Shown here piece after piece: positions 40,616 to 51,136 of a stretch of 64,000 nucleotides of DNA. The notes beneath the pieces are model-generated. The model saw nothing but the letters and a program-made list of their open reading frames with translations, did no database searches and was not told where the DNA came from. The DNA lies in the NCBI GenBank assembly GCA_903842795.1, contig CAIMNJ010000013.1, positions 69,302 through 133,301 on the forward strand, in the 5' to 3' direction. Position 1 is the first letter of the stretch. Each line of letters starts with the position of its first letter. The stretch is from an uncultured bacterium. Lineage in GTDB: Bacteria; Patescibacteriota; Microgenomatia; UBA1400; PJMF01. The translations under genes and the position numbers were made by a program.

Positions 40616-42834
40616 ATTTTCAATCCCATTATTTGTAGAGGTAACTTTTTTTATAATTGCGGTGATTATTTTTAATTATCAGGCATTTCAATGGATTAAA
40701 AATAGCGAAATTCAAAATTGGCAATTATTCGCACAGAATGTGGTGGCAGGTCTCAATCCTAAACATATTGAAGAAATGAGAGGTGAAGTGAGCGATAGAG
40801 ATCAACCTAATTTTATTTATGTTAAAGATCAGTTACATAGAGCAATGGAAGTTGGCAAAGTTAACAAGATTCAATGGCTTTATTTATTGCGTGTTGATGG
40901 TAAAAAAGTAACTTTTATCAATGATTCAATCCTTAAGGGTGAGCCAGATTATACTGATCCTGGTGAAAGGTATATTGATTATCCTTATGCTGTTTTGCTT
41001 GCTCAGGAAACCAAAAAAGTGCAAATTGTTAGTTCTTATACTGATGAGTGGGGAACTTACACTTCTGTTTTTGTACCAATTTTAGATTGGAATACTTCTA
41101 AAGTTGTGGGAATTCTTGGAGTTGATATAGACGTAAACATTTATCGTAAAACTATTGCTCAAAAAATGGTTTGGCCAATTACGATTACTATTGCTGCCAC
41201 TTGGCTATTGATAGTACTGATTAGGCAGTTTAACAATCAAAAGATTTTGAAGGAAAATGAATCTTTATTCCACGTTCTAACCGATGGTGTTTTGGATGCT
41301 ATGGTTATTGTTGATGGTTTTGGAAAAATTGTTTTATGGAATAAAGCAGCGGAAAGTCTATTTAAGTTTAATAAGAGCGAAGTGATAAATAAAGATTTTA
41401 TAGGAACCATTTTCCCTAAGAATGAAAAGATTGATGTGGATAATCAAAAAATAAAAGATTTGCTTGAAATTTTTAAAAATGAAAAAAATCTTACCAAAAA
41501 TGAAGTTATAGAATTAAAAGTTTATGATAAAAATATGACTGATTTTGAAGCAGAGATTTCAATTTCATCAGTAAGATTAAATTCCCAATTACATACAGTC
41601 AGTGTAATTCGCGATGTTAGTGAGAAAAAAAGAAGAAATGACGAAATTTTGCTTAAAAATCAAGAAATTAACGATCAAGCAAAAGCAATTCTCAATATTC
41701 TAGATGATGTTAATCAAGAGAAAGATAAAGTTAAAAAACAAGCTGAAGATTTAAAAAAATTTGAAGCAGCAGTTAATCAATCAAATGAAATGATGGTTTT
41801 TTCTGATGTAAATGGTACAGTTTTGTGGGGTAATCCAGCTATTGAGAAGGATGACAGGATTTTCTTTGAATGAGGTTTTACGAGTCAAGGCAGGCTCACT
41901 TTGGGGTGGTTTGATGGATAAGAAGTATTATGAAAAGCTTTGGCACACTATCAAAGATGAGAAAAAAGTTTTTACAGACGTAATTCAAAATCATCGTAAG
42001 AATGGTGAATTGTTTACTTCCACAATTAATATTTATCCATTGTTGGATGAAGATGGTAATTCTAACATTTTTGTAGCCACGCAAAGAGATATTACTAGAG
42101 AAATTGAAATTGATCGTATGAAAACTGACTTTATTTCTTTAGCCTCTCATCAATTGCGTACGCCACTTTCAGGGATGAAATGGTTTTTGGAAATGCTTCT
42201 TGGTGGCGATATGGGCAAGTTAAGTAAAGAACAGCACGATGCAATTGAAAACATTGATAAATCAAATGAGAGAATGATTGCTTTGGTAGCTTCTTTGCTT
42301 AATATTTCTCGCATTGAGTCTGGTCGTATCATAGTTGATCCTGAACCAACAGATTTGGTTGCCTTAGCTCAGGGCGTAATTGATGAATTGAAGATCAAAT
42401 ACGATGACAAAAAACAATCTTTAATTATTAGCGCTGATAAAAATTTGCCAAAAATCAACTTAGATCCAAAATTAGTTAGACAAGTTTTCTTAAACTTGCT
42501 TACCAATGCTAATAAATATACTCAAGAAAAAGGTGAGGTTATTATCTTTATTTCTCAAAAAGATCAAGATGTTTTGGTGCAGGTTTCTGATGATGGTTAT
42601 GGTATTCCAGAACAAGAACAGCGAAAAATTTTCGAAAGGTTTTATCGTGCCAGCAATGTGGTTAAAAAAGAAACTGATGGCACTGGACTTGGATTGTATT
42701 TGGTAAAAGCAATTGTTGAATCTTCTGGTGGAAAGATTTGGTTTAAGAGTCAAGTAGATAAAGGCACCAGCTTTTGGTTTACTTTTCCACTTAAAGGTGT
42801 CAAAGCCAAAAAAGGAGAGGTCTCTTTGAGTTAA
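40602..42834 (+). pseudogene. PAS-domain sensor histidine kinase split by a +1 frameshift near 41849 (true lesion or assembly error)
   Basis: ORF 40602-41873 (sensor, PAS) continues in ORF 41812-42834 (PAS, SHQLRTPL, NANKY, GTGLGL); removing one G from GAGAAGGATG restores the frame. Confidence 0.75.
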
Positions 42835-42847
42835 TTGAAGGAAAAAT

Positions 42848-43243
42848 ATGACAGAGAAAAAAAATTATAGAATTATGATTGTCGAAGATGAGCCAATGCT
42901 TTTACGAGCTATTGTAACTAAGTTTGAGAAAATTGACATTGAGGTTATTGCTTGTGCCACTGGTCAAGAAGGTTTGGATTATTTAATCAAAGGAAAAAAA
43001 TTACCTGATGCTATTTGGTTGGATTATTATCTGACAGATATGAACGGTCTAGATTTTATTCATCAACTTAAGACACACAAAAGCTCTTTAGATATTCCAG
43101 TAATTGTTGTTTCAAATTCGGCAAATGATGATAATAAGAAAAATATGCTTGCACTTGGTATAAAAAAGTATATTCTGAAAGCAGATTACCGATTAGAAGA
43201 AATTGTAGATATACTAAAGGCAGTGATAAAGGAAAATTTATGA
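42848..43243 (+). CDS. Single-domain response regulator
   Basis: IVEDE, WLD, YILK. Confidence 0.9.
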   Translation: MTEKKNYRIMIVEDEPMLLRAIVTKFEKIDIEVIACATGQEGLDYLIKGKKLPDAIWLDYYLTDMNGLDFIHQLKTHKSSLDIPVIVVSNSANDDNKKNMLALGIKKYILKADYRLEEIVDILKAVIKENL

Positions 43244-43593
43244 AAAAAATTTTGATAGCTGAGGATGATCAATTCTTAGCAAATGCTTATCGCATTAAAT
43301 TTGAAAAAGCAAATCTAGAAGTGCGAGTTTGCAGTGATGGTGAAGAGGCTTTGGAAGTAATTAAAACTTTTGCACCAGACTTAATTTTGCTAGACTTAAT
43401 GATGCCGAAAGTGGATGGTTTTGCTGTTTTAGAAAATATAAAAAGTAATGAAAATACCAAAAATATAAAGGTAATTGTAGCTTCCAATCTTGGTCAGAAT
43501 GAAGATGTTGAGAAAGCTAAGAATTTGGGAGCAGACGGCTATGTCGTCAAAAGTGATATGTCGATTTCAGACATACTCAAGCTTGTAGAGTAA
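43240..43593 (+). CDS. Single-domain response regulator
   Basis: IAEDD, LDLMMP, GADGYVVK. Confidence 0.92.
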   Translation: MKKILIAEDDQFLANAYRIKFEKANLEVRVCSDGEEALEVIKTFAPDLILLDLMMPKVDGFAVLENIKSNENTKNIKVIVASNLGQNEDVEKAKNLGADGYVVKSDMSISDILKLVE

Positions 43594-43594
43594 T

Positions 43595-45259
43595 ATGAAC
43601 AAAGATACTGCCCTGTACGACAACCTATTGGCAATGGGAGTGTTGGACAAAAAACTACTTGATGATTGTAAAGATGAGGCTATTTCTTCTAGTAAGAGTT
43701 TGGCAGAGATTTTGGAAAACAGAGACTTAGTTAGTGATGAAAATTTGGGCAAATTAGCAGCAGATTTTTATCAGCTACCATTTCTGAATTTGGCAGAAAT
43801 TAAGTTGGAAAGAGAATTAGTAAACAAAATCCCCAAGGCCTATGCTCAGGCTAGAAAATGCATGGTTATTGGCAGGCATGATGATGCTTTGTTGGTGGCT
43901 ATTTCCAAGCCAGAAGATAAAGATTTATTTGAAGAATTAAGTGTGGTTCTTGGCAAAGTTGAGTATGGTTACACTACAGAGAGAAATATAGTTAAATCAC
44001 TGCGTGTTTATGATGCCAATCCTCAAGCTATGTTTGAGGAAATGATGAAAACAACTTTAAGTGAAGCTAAAACCGGCCAAAATGATCCTCCAATTATTAA
44101 AATAGTTGAGAAAATTTTAGTTTATGGATATGAGCAAGGTGCTTCTGATATTCATATTGAGCCAACAGAAGAAGTGACTCATGTTCGCTATCGTGTTGAT
44201 GGCTTACTAAATGATGTTTTAACTATTCCCAAAGAATTGCATGAAAAGATTGTTACTAGAATCAAGGTGATGGCTCATATGCGCACTGATGAGCAGCATA
44301 GTGCTCAAGATGGTAAGTTAAATTTTGTGACTGAGGTGGAAAAAGTGGATGTTAGAGTTTCTATTGTGCCTATTATTGAGGGAGAAAATGTAGTTTTACG
44401 TTTACTTTCTGCCCAATCTAGACAATATTCTTTACTCGATCTTGGTCTTAATAAAGATGCAGCTAAAAAGATTGAAGAAGCAATTAAAAATCCTCACGGC
44501 ATGATTCTAACCACTGGTCCAACCGGTTCTGGTAAAACTACCACTCTTTACTCTTTGTTGAAGCGTTTAAATGTTCGTGGTGTGCACATTATGACCATTG
44601 AGGATCCAGTGGAATATGTGATTGCTGGAGTCAATCAGATTCAGGTGAGTGATGCCAATAATTTAACTTTTGCAGAGGGATTACGCACCATTGTTCGCCA
44701 AGATCCAAACATTATCCTTGTGGGTGAAATTCGTGATGATGAGGCAGCTGATATTGCTGTGAATGCAGCCATGACTGGACATTTGGTTTTATCCACTTTG
44801 CATACCAATGATGCTGCCACCGCTATACCAAGACTTTTGGATATGAAAGTTGAGCCATTTTTGATTGCTAGTACTGTCAATGTAATTGTTGCTCAGCGTT
44901 TGGTTCGCAAACTTTGTAATGTTTGCCGTGTTAGTGAAGAAGTAACAGTCGAAGAATTAAAAAAGAAGTGGGGTGAGAAACTAATTGAAAGGCATTTTGA
45001 TCAGGAAAAAGTTAGGCTTTATACAGCCAAAGGTTGTGAAATTTGTGGAGGTAGTGGCTACAAAGGTAGAGTAGGTATTTTTGAGGTGCTCAAAATGAAT
45101 GATGTTTTGCGTGCTGCCATAATTGATAAAAAAGACGCTAGTGAAATTAGCAAAATTGCCGTAGAAGCAGGCATGCAAAGTATGTTTGAAGACGGCATCG
45201 ATAAAGTTAAAACTGGCGTCACTTCTCTAGAAGAAGTCCTAAGAGTAACAATGGAATAA
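43595..45259 (+). CDS. pilB: Type IV pilus assembly ATPase (PilB/GspE)
   Basis: ASDIHIEP, GPTGSGKTTT, TIEDPVEY, RQDPNII.VGEIRD, TGHLVLSTLHTN. Confidence 0.95.
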   Translation: MNKDTALYDNLLAMGVLDKKLLDDCKDEAISSSKSLAEILENRDLVSDENLGKLAADFYQLPFLNLAEIKLERELVNKIPKAYAQARKCMVIGRHDDALLVAISKPEDKDLFEELSVVLGKVEYGYTTERNIVKSLRVYDANPQAMFEEMMKTTLSEAKTGQNDPPIIKIVEKILVYGYEQGASDIHIEPTEEVTHVRYRVDGLLNDVLTIPKELHEKIVTRIKVMAHMRTDEQHSAQDGKLNFVTEVEKVDVRVSIVPIIEGENVVLRLLSAQSRQYSLLDLGLNKDAAKKIEEAIKNPHGMILTTGPTGSGKTTTLYSLLKRLNVRGVHIMTIEDPVEYVIAGVNQIQVSDANNLTFAEGLRTIVRQDPNIILVGEIRDDEAADIAVNAAMTGHLVLSTLHTNDAATAIPRLLDMKVEPFLIASTVNVIVAQRLVRKLCNVCRVSEEVTVEELKKKWGEKLIERHFDQEKVRLYTAKGCEICGGSGYKGRVGIFEVLKMNDVLRAAIIDKKDASEISKIAVEAGMQSMFEDGIDKVKTGVTSLEEVLRVTME

Positions 45260-45262
45260 AGA

Positions 45263-46318
45263 ATGAAAGTCAAAATTAAAATTAGTGAAGTTGAGATTTT
45301 GATGTTTACCAAGCATTTGGCTGTAATGGTCAAGGCTGGTATTCCAATTACGGAAGCCTTGTCCAATATAGGTACTTCGGCTTCAGGCAATTCAAAAAAA
45401 ATTATTAAATTGATTTTAGATAGGGTTGATCAGGGTGATACGTTAGCTGATGCTATCGGCAAAAGTTCTCCAAGTTTTGATAATATTTATATTTCTTTAA
45501 TTCGCATTGGTGAAGAGTCTGGTAAATTGGATGTAACTTTATCTTTCCTAGCTACACAATTAGCTAAAGTTTATAGCTTACGTCGTAAAATCAAAAGTGC
45601 AACCTTATATCCAACTTTGGTGATTGGACTCATGTTTACGGTTGGCATGAGTTTGGCCTTATTTGTTTTGCCAAAATTAACTGATTTTTTTGTAGCTTTT
45701 GGTGCTGATTTGCCAATGTCGACCAAGATTCTTTTGTGGGTGGCCAACTTAATGAAAAATTATGGAATTTTACTTGTTGGAGGCATGATTGGCTTAATTG
45801 TTTTACTTGGCCTAATCTTAAACACTAAATCAATTAAACCATGGTGGCACAAAGTTCTCTTTCATTTACCTTATTTAGGCAAACTTAATCAAGACAGCAA
45901 AATTACTGAGTCATTGCGTAATTTGAGTATTTTGCTTTCTTCAGGAGTGCCAATCGCTCAATCTTGGAGGATCATAAGTGATGCGACCAACAATGAGTTT
46001 TTGCGTTTAGATCTACTCAAGATTGGTGAAGAAATTCAAAAAGGTTCAATGATTAGTGAAGGCATACAAAAAAGAAAAATCACTTCAATCCCATCATTGG
46101 CTCAAAAAATGATTTCCATTGGTGAGCGCACTGGCAAGATTGATGAAATGTCGATGTATGTGGCTGATTATTATGAGGAAGAATTAGATAGTGCTAGTAA
46201 AAATTTGGCCACTGTACTTGAGCCAATTTTGTTAATCATTGTTGGCTTATTGGTAGCCTTTTTAGCCCTAGCGATTATTAGCCCAATTTATCAAATAACA
46301 GGGAGCATAGGAGGTTAA
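45263..46318 (+). CDS. pilC: Type IV pilus platform protein (PilC/GspF)
   Basis: GEESGKL, YP, GERTGKIDEM, LEP. Confidence 0.93.
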   Translation: MKVKIKISEVEILMFTKHLAVMVKAGIPITEALSNIGTSASGNSKKIIKLILDRVDQGDTLADAIGKSSPSFDNIYISLIRIGEESGKLDVTLSFLATQLAKVYSLRRKIKSATLYPTLVIGLMFTVGMSLALFVLPKLTDFFVAFGADLPMSTKILLWVANLMKNYGILLVGGMIGLIVLLGLILNTKSIKPWWHKVLFHLPYLGKLNQDSKITESLRNLSILLSSGVPIAQSWRIISDATNNEFLRLDLLKIGEEIQKGSMISEGIQKRKITSIPSLAQKMISIGERTGKIDEMSMYVADYYEEELDSASKNLATVLEPILLIIVGLLVAFLALAIISPIYQITGSIGG

Positions 46319-46321
46319 AAT

Positions 46322-46474
46322 ATGAAAAAAACAAAAACTCAAAGCAAGTCGAAGGCAAAAGCCCCAGCTTGCAATTGTTGGTGTTGTAGAGTGGTTCCAA
46401 AACCATTGGATATCTTTATTTTGCTTGGTGCATCTATTTTAATTGTTTATGTTTTTATCAAAATGGCAGTCTAG
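46322..46474 (+). CDS. 50 aa basic, Cys-rich membrane peptide (not in ORF track)
   Basis: AGGAGG SD; MKKTKTQSKSKAKAPACNCWCCRVVPKPLDIFILLGASILIVYVFIKMAV. Confidence 0.55.
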   Translation: MKKTKTQSKSKAKAPACNCWCCRVVPKPLDIFILLGASILIVYVFIKMAV

Positions 46475-46886
46475 CAAAGGCTTGACGCTCATAGAATTAC
46501 TGCTGGTAGTGGCCCTTATTGCCACTATTGCAGTGATGGCAGCTCCCTTTGCTGGTCAACTTTATCAGCGTGTCAATCTCGCCACCACCAATAGTGTGGT
46601 GATTTCTGCCTTGCACAAAGCTCAAGCCAATTCAATGGAAGGTAAAGGAGATGCTGGTTGGGGGATTTGTTTGACTGGCGGCAAAGTGCGTGTTTATCTT
46701 GGAACTTGCGCTAGCCCCACACAAAAAGAAGATTGGAGTGTTGTTAGTACGGTGACGATTTCTGGTTTAAATGACACTACTTTTTCCAGATTGAGAGGCG
46801 AACCAAGTGCAGCGTTATCTGTAACAATTAGTAATTTAGCAGGAAATAAAACTGTTACAGTTAATCAGGCAGGAGGGATATGGTAA
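46449..46886 (+). CDS. Type IV prepilin-like protein (FimT/GspH-like)
   Basis: KG^LTLIELLLVV prepilin motif. Confidence 0.88.
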   Translation: MFLSKWQSSKGLTLIELLLVVALIATIAVMAAPFAGQLYQRVNLATTNSVVISALHKAQANSMEGKGDAGWGICLTGGKVRVYLGTCASPTQKEDWSVVSTVTISGLNDTTFSRLRGEPSAALSVTISNLAGNKTVTVNQAGGIW

Positions 46887-48667
46887 AAAAATCGCAAGGT
46901 GCCTTTGGTTTAATTGAAATCATCTTGGCGGTGGGGATTTTTGGTTTGGTGGCGGGTAGTGGAGTTTTGACTGTTTTACATAGCTTTAATCTCAATCGTC
47001 TTGGAGAGCAAGAAACTCAGGCAGCTAATTTTGCCAACCAAGGTTTAGAAGCAGTACGTTCTATTCGTAAAGTTGGCTGGAGCAATTTGGTTAATGGTAC
47101 TTACGGCTTGAGTTCTAGTGGCGGCTCATGGGCTTTTTCTGGCAGCAGCGATACTAATGGCAAAATGACTCGCACTGTAGTTATTGCAGATGGCAATCGT
47201 GATGGGAATGGCAATATTGTTGACGTAGGAACAGTTGATCCAGATTTAAAAAAGGTGACCAGCACAGTTACTTGGAGCTTTGGTCCAACTCGCAATGATA
47301 GTGTAGTAACAACTGAATATTTTACTAATTTTGCCAAAGCAATCGCCAATGCTGGAGATGGTTTATTGACTTATTCCAATGCTTCGCTTTTACCAAAGTG
47401 GAAGAGTTATGGGAATACAGTAAATACTTTTGGATCGGTGACGGATATGCCTAGTGGAGCGGTGGCACGCAATTGGGCGAGTGCTGTTTCACCCACCAAA
47501 AACGAGATGACCGCTGTTTATACTGATAACGCTGGCAATCTTAGAGTGATGTGTTTCAATGGTAGCACTTGGAGTCAGGATTTTAGCGTTACTGTGGGAG
47601 GTGCAGGGACGACGCGCCGTTTTGATGTAGCTTATGAAACTGGTAGTGGTGATGCGATGGTTGTTTATTCTACCAATGTGGGTACTACTAATGAGTTGGC
47701 TTATATTACCAAGGTAGGAGCGAATGACTGTGGCAGTGCAAATTGGAGTGCTGCTACCAATTTGGATCCGGTTCGTACAACAGGCATTGTTCATTGGGTT
47801 AAGATTGCTGAGGATGATCGTGTGGGATCAAATTTACTGGCAATGGTTTGGGCTGATGCTAATTCGGATTTGTCCGCAATGATTTGGTCTGGTAGTGCTT
47901 GGACCAACGAGCCAACCGCAGTGACAGAAGCTAGTTTGGAAGTGGTGACGATTGCGCAAGATGTAGAGGATTTTGACATAGAATATGAATCTTTATCTGG
48001 TGACATCATGCTTGTTTGGGCTAATTCTGCTGGAAGTAATGCAGTAAATGGCGTTCGTTATAGAGTTTGTACTGGTGGTACCAGTGCTTGTACTTGGGGA
48101 GCAGTGACCACCCCACCAACTTTTTTGGATGATGCAACTAATCTTGATTTGGCTGCAGATCCAAGTAGTGATGCAATGGTTTTTGCTTCGATTGGTAATG
48201 CTGGTTCTGATTTACAAAACGGTTATTGGAGTGGTTCGGCTTGGACCAATGTTGCTAATGCTGATACTAGTTGCGGTACTCCAACTGCTGGAAGTAAAAA
48301 AGTTGCGGTTGGTTGGTTGAATTCTGGAGCTACTAAGCGTAGTTTGGTGGTTTATAACGATAGTGCTGCCACAGGAATTGATTGGCGCACTGGCAGTGCT
48401 GGGACTTTTACCGCTCAGACTGATTGGGTTCCGACGCCAGTTATGAATGCAACCAAAGGTTATATTGAATTGATTGCTGATCCGAAAAATTTAGATAGAC
48501 TAAGTTTAGTGGTGGTTGATGGAGCTAGTGATTTATTTACCAAAAGAGTGGTAATGACTTCAGTTCCTGCTTTTACTTGGACAAATAGTGATGGTGGAGT
48601 GGCTCATGATGTGGCTTTACCATCTTTTGTAGCTAATCCATTTAGTTTTAATTATTGGAGAAATTAA
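46880..48667 (+). CDS. Large minor pilin with repetitive beta-rich C-terminal (adhesin-like) domain
   Basis: AF GLIEIILAVGIF pilin N-terminus; recurring W(S/N)GSAW motifs. Confidence 0.8.
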   Translation: MVKKSQGAFGLIEIILAVGIFGLVAGSGVLTVLHSFNLNRLGEQETQAANFANQGLEAVRSIRKVGWSNLVNGTYGLSSSGGSWAFSGSSDTNGKMTRTVVIADGNRDGNGNIVDVGTVDPDLKKVTSTVTWSFGPTRNDSVVTTEYFTNFAKAIANAGDGLLTYSNASLLPKWKSYGNTVNTFGSVTDMPSGAVARNWASAVSPTKNEMTAVYTDNAGNLRVMCFNGSTWSQDFSVTVGGAGTTRRFDVAYETGSGDAMVVYSTNVGTTNELAYITKVGANDCGSANWSAATNLDPVRTTGIVHWVKIAEDDRVGSNLLAMVWADANSDLSAMIWSGSAWTNEPTAVTEASLEVVTIAQDVEDFDIEYESLSGDIMLVWANSAGSNAVNGVRYRVCTGGTSACTWGAVTTPPTFLDDATNLDLAADPSSDAMVFASIGNAGSDLQNGYWSGSAWTNVANADTSCGTPTAGSKKVAVGWLNSGATKRSLVVYNDSAATGIDWRTGSAGTFTAQTDWVPTPVMNATKGYIELIADPKNLDRLSLVVVDGASDLFTKRVVMTSVPAFTWTNSDGGVAHDVALPSFVANPFSFNYWRN

Positions 48668-49176
48668 TGAAACAAAGAGGTTTTACATTCATTGAATTAT
48701 TGCTTTATATAGCTCTAATTTCTATTTTGGCTACTGTTTCTGTTTTTTTTATTACCAATGTTACATCAAGTAGAATCAAAGTCGAAGTTCAAGAAGAAGT
48801 GACCTATTCAGCAAGGTTTTTGAGTGAAAGGATTAGTAGAGAGATTCGTGGTGCAAGTGCTATTACTAGTTTAGCAGCTAATGATTTATGTTTGGCCATG
48901 GTTGATTCAGCTCGCAATCCAACCAGAATTTATATCAGTGCCGGACGTGCTCGTATTGGTTGGGGTGGCGGTGGTGCTTGTAGTGCTACTACCAGTAACT
49001 ATGACTTAACAAGTTCAGATATGGTGGTCAATTCGCTTAATTTTGTTAACTTGAGCACGGGAACTAGTAAAAATGTGGATTATACTGTTAATATATCTGG
49101 TAAGACTTTGACCAATAGACAAGAGTGGGTATTTAATACCAACGTGAAAGGATCTGGTGAAATCCGCACTAACTAA
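48667..49176 (+). CDS. Type IV minor pilin (PilW-like)
   Basis: RG^FTFIELLLY. Confidence 0.88.
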   Translation: MKQRGFTFIELLLYIALISILATVSVFFITNVTSSRIKVEVQEEVTYSARFLSERISREIRGASAITSLAANDLCLAMVDSARNPTRIYISAGRARIGWGGGGACSATTSNYDLTSSDMVVNSLNFVNLSTGTSKNVDYTVNISGKTLTNRQEWVFNTNVKGSGEIRTN

Positions 49177-49561
49177 ATCAGCTAAGGCCAAAGCCAATGG
49201 TTATATTGCAATTACCAGTATGCTAGTGGTTACAGCAGTGGTAATTTCTGTAGGTGTTTTGGCTACTTTTTCTTCCATTGGTAATGCTCAGATGGCTCTT
49301 GGTGGGGCGCAAGCCAACGGAGCGAGGTCTTTGGCAGAATCTTGCATGGAAGATGTTTTACTCAAAATTAATAAGACTTCCACAGTTCCATCAAGCGTTA
49401 GTACACCTCAAGGGATTTGCACTGTCACTACTGATGCTCAAGCAGGTAGTAACTATACGGTAAGTGTAACTGCTACCAAAGATGGTCGCACCAAAAAAAT
49501 TACCACTTCTGTTTCGAGGATAACAAATGTTTCAGTGACTTCGTGGCTCGAGCAGAATTAA
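49157..49561 (+). CDS. PilX-like minor pilin
   Basis: NG^YIAITSMLVV without E5; LAESCMED. Confidence 0.75.
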   Translation: MKSALTKSAKAKANGYIAITSMLVVTAVVISVGVLATFSSIGNAQMALGGAQANGARSLAESCMEDVLLKINKTSTVPSSVSTPQGICTVTTDAQAGSNYTVSVTATKDGRTKKITTSVSRITNVSVTSWLEQN

Positions 49562-49605
49562 TAGACAAAGTTCTGTAAAAATGCCATACTAAAAAAAGCT
49601 TAAAT

Positions 49606-50592
49606 ATGAGTAAAACTGTCCTTTACATCTCTAAAGCTGATTTAGTGGTTGTTTATCCTGGTAAGGGTAAAAATTGGTCTACCAAAACTTGGACTTGGAA
49701 CGAAAAAAACATCAACAATATTCTCAAAGAACTTAAGGCAATAGATCATCACTTGATTATTTTATTGGCCCCAGATATCTCTTATTATAAAAAAATTGAA
49801 AGTGAGCAAGTGCTTAATAGAGCTTTGATTACTGAACAGTTGCCTAAATTTTTTCCTGAAACTTTGTCTCCAAGGCAATGGGACTGGAAAAAACTAGATG
49901 AAAAGACTTATTTATTAGAAGCAGTTACAACTAGAGTTTGGCAGTGGATTGAAGCAGCAGAAAAAATTGGTATCATCTTGGACAAAATTACTACTGCTAA
50001 ATATGTTGCAGAAAGAGATCAAGTTGATTTGGCCAATGCACATGAGTTATTTAAGGCAGTTTTAGCCGAAGCTAGGGATCGAGGGGCAGATGAGAATGTT
50101 TTAGACATCACTTTTAAGCAACCAAAAAAGAGTGCTAAACCAGCATTTATGCTGATTCTGTTTGTCATGATTATGTCTTTGTCTTTTTTCATTTTGTATT
50201 CTTATTTCAATAAACAAAAACTCAAAGAAGAAGAAAGATTGAAACAAGCAGCTTTGACTCTGATTACTCCTTCACCAACTCCAGAAATTACCGAAGCTCC
50301 AAAACCAGAAGATTTTAATTTAAGGTTAAGAGATAATAGCGGGATTGTAGGTTACGCTAGTAAATCAGCTTCTCTTTTTGATGGAGCAGGTTTTTCCAAT
50401 GTAGATATTATCGTTGCTACCAATGCTGCAGAAAAAAAAGTTAGCAAAGAAACTATTGTTCACGTTAAAACAGCATTGCCAGAAAATATCAAAAATATAA
50501 TCGACAAGCTTTTGCCAGAAAAGAAACCAGTTTACCAGATTGATCTGACTGATAATGATGTAGTTGATATATTAATTATTCTTGGTTCATAA
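49606..50592 (+). CDS. Membrane protein with LytR C-terminal-like domain
   Basis: Central TM, PSPTP linker, NSGIVGYA, terminal DILIILG. Confidence 0.65.
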   Translation: MSKTVLYISKADLVVVYPGKGKNWSTKTWTWNEKNINNILKELKAIDHHLIILLAPDISYYKKIESEQVLNRALITEQLPKFFPETLSPRQWDWKKLDEKTYLLEAVTTRVWQWIEAAEKIGIILDKITTAKYVAERDQVDLANAHELFKAVLAEARDRGADENVLDITFKQPKKSAKPAFMLILFVMIMSLSFFILYSYFNKQKLKEEERLKQAALTLITPSPTPEITEAPKPEDFNLRLRDNSGIVGYASKSASLFDGAGFSNVDIIVATNAAEKKVSKETIVHVKTALPENIKNIIDKLLPEKKPVYQIDLTDNDVVDILIILGS

Positions 50593-50613
50593 TGGAATCG
50601 GAAAGGAGGCTTA

Positions 50614-51075
50614 ATGACTAAAAACCAAAAAGGATTTACTTTAATTGAGCTTTTGGTGGTTATCTCTATCGTTGCTCTGCTGTCAGTAACTGTCTTTGTT
50701 GCTCTAGATCCAGTTAAGAGATTTGCGGATGCCCGTAACTCTCGTCGCTGGTCAGATGTAAACAATATGATTACTGCTATTCATGAGTATATTGTAGACA
50801 ACAAAGGTGATTTACCGACTGGTTTGACTACTGGTATGAGTGCTACCCAACTTGGAACTTGTGTGTCAGGTGGTTCTACTCTTTGTTCTGGTGCAGCAGC
50901 AGCTTGTGTCAATATTGCTACACCACTCAATAAATACCTAAAGTCGTTGCCATTTGATGCTAAAACCGGCTCAGCGGCAACCACAGCTTACAAAGTTGAT
51001 GTCGATGCTAATAACATCGTTACTATCACTGCTTGTAGTGCTGAAAATGGCGAAACTATCTCAGTTTCTCGCTAA
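50614..51075 (+). CDS. Type IV pilin (probable major pilin)
   Basis: KG^FTLIELLVVI, ARNSRRWSD; strong SD. Confidence 0.9.
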   Translation: MTKNQKGFTLIELLVVISIVALLSVTVFVALDPVKRFADARNSRRWSDVNNMITAIHEYIVDNKGDLPTGLTTGMSATQLGTCVSGGSTLCSGAAAACVNIATPLNKYLKSLPFDAKTGSAATTAYKVDVDANNIVTITACSAENGETISVSR

Positions 51076-51091
51076 ACGATTTAGAAATACA

Positions 51092-51132
51092 AAAAAACTC
51101 GGAAGCTTAATCACTTCCGAGTTTTTGTTTTT
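51092..51132. terminator. Bidirectional terminator
   Basis: AAAAACTCGGAAG-cttaatca-CTTCCGAGTTTTT. Confidence 0.85.
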
Positions 51133-51136
51133 ATAA

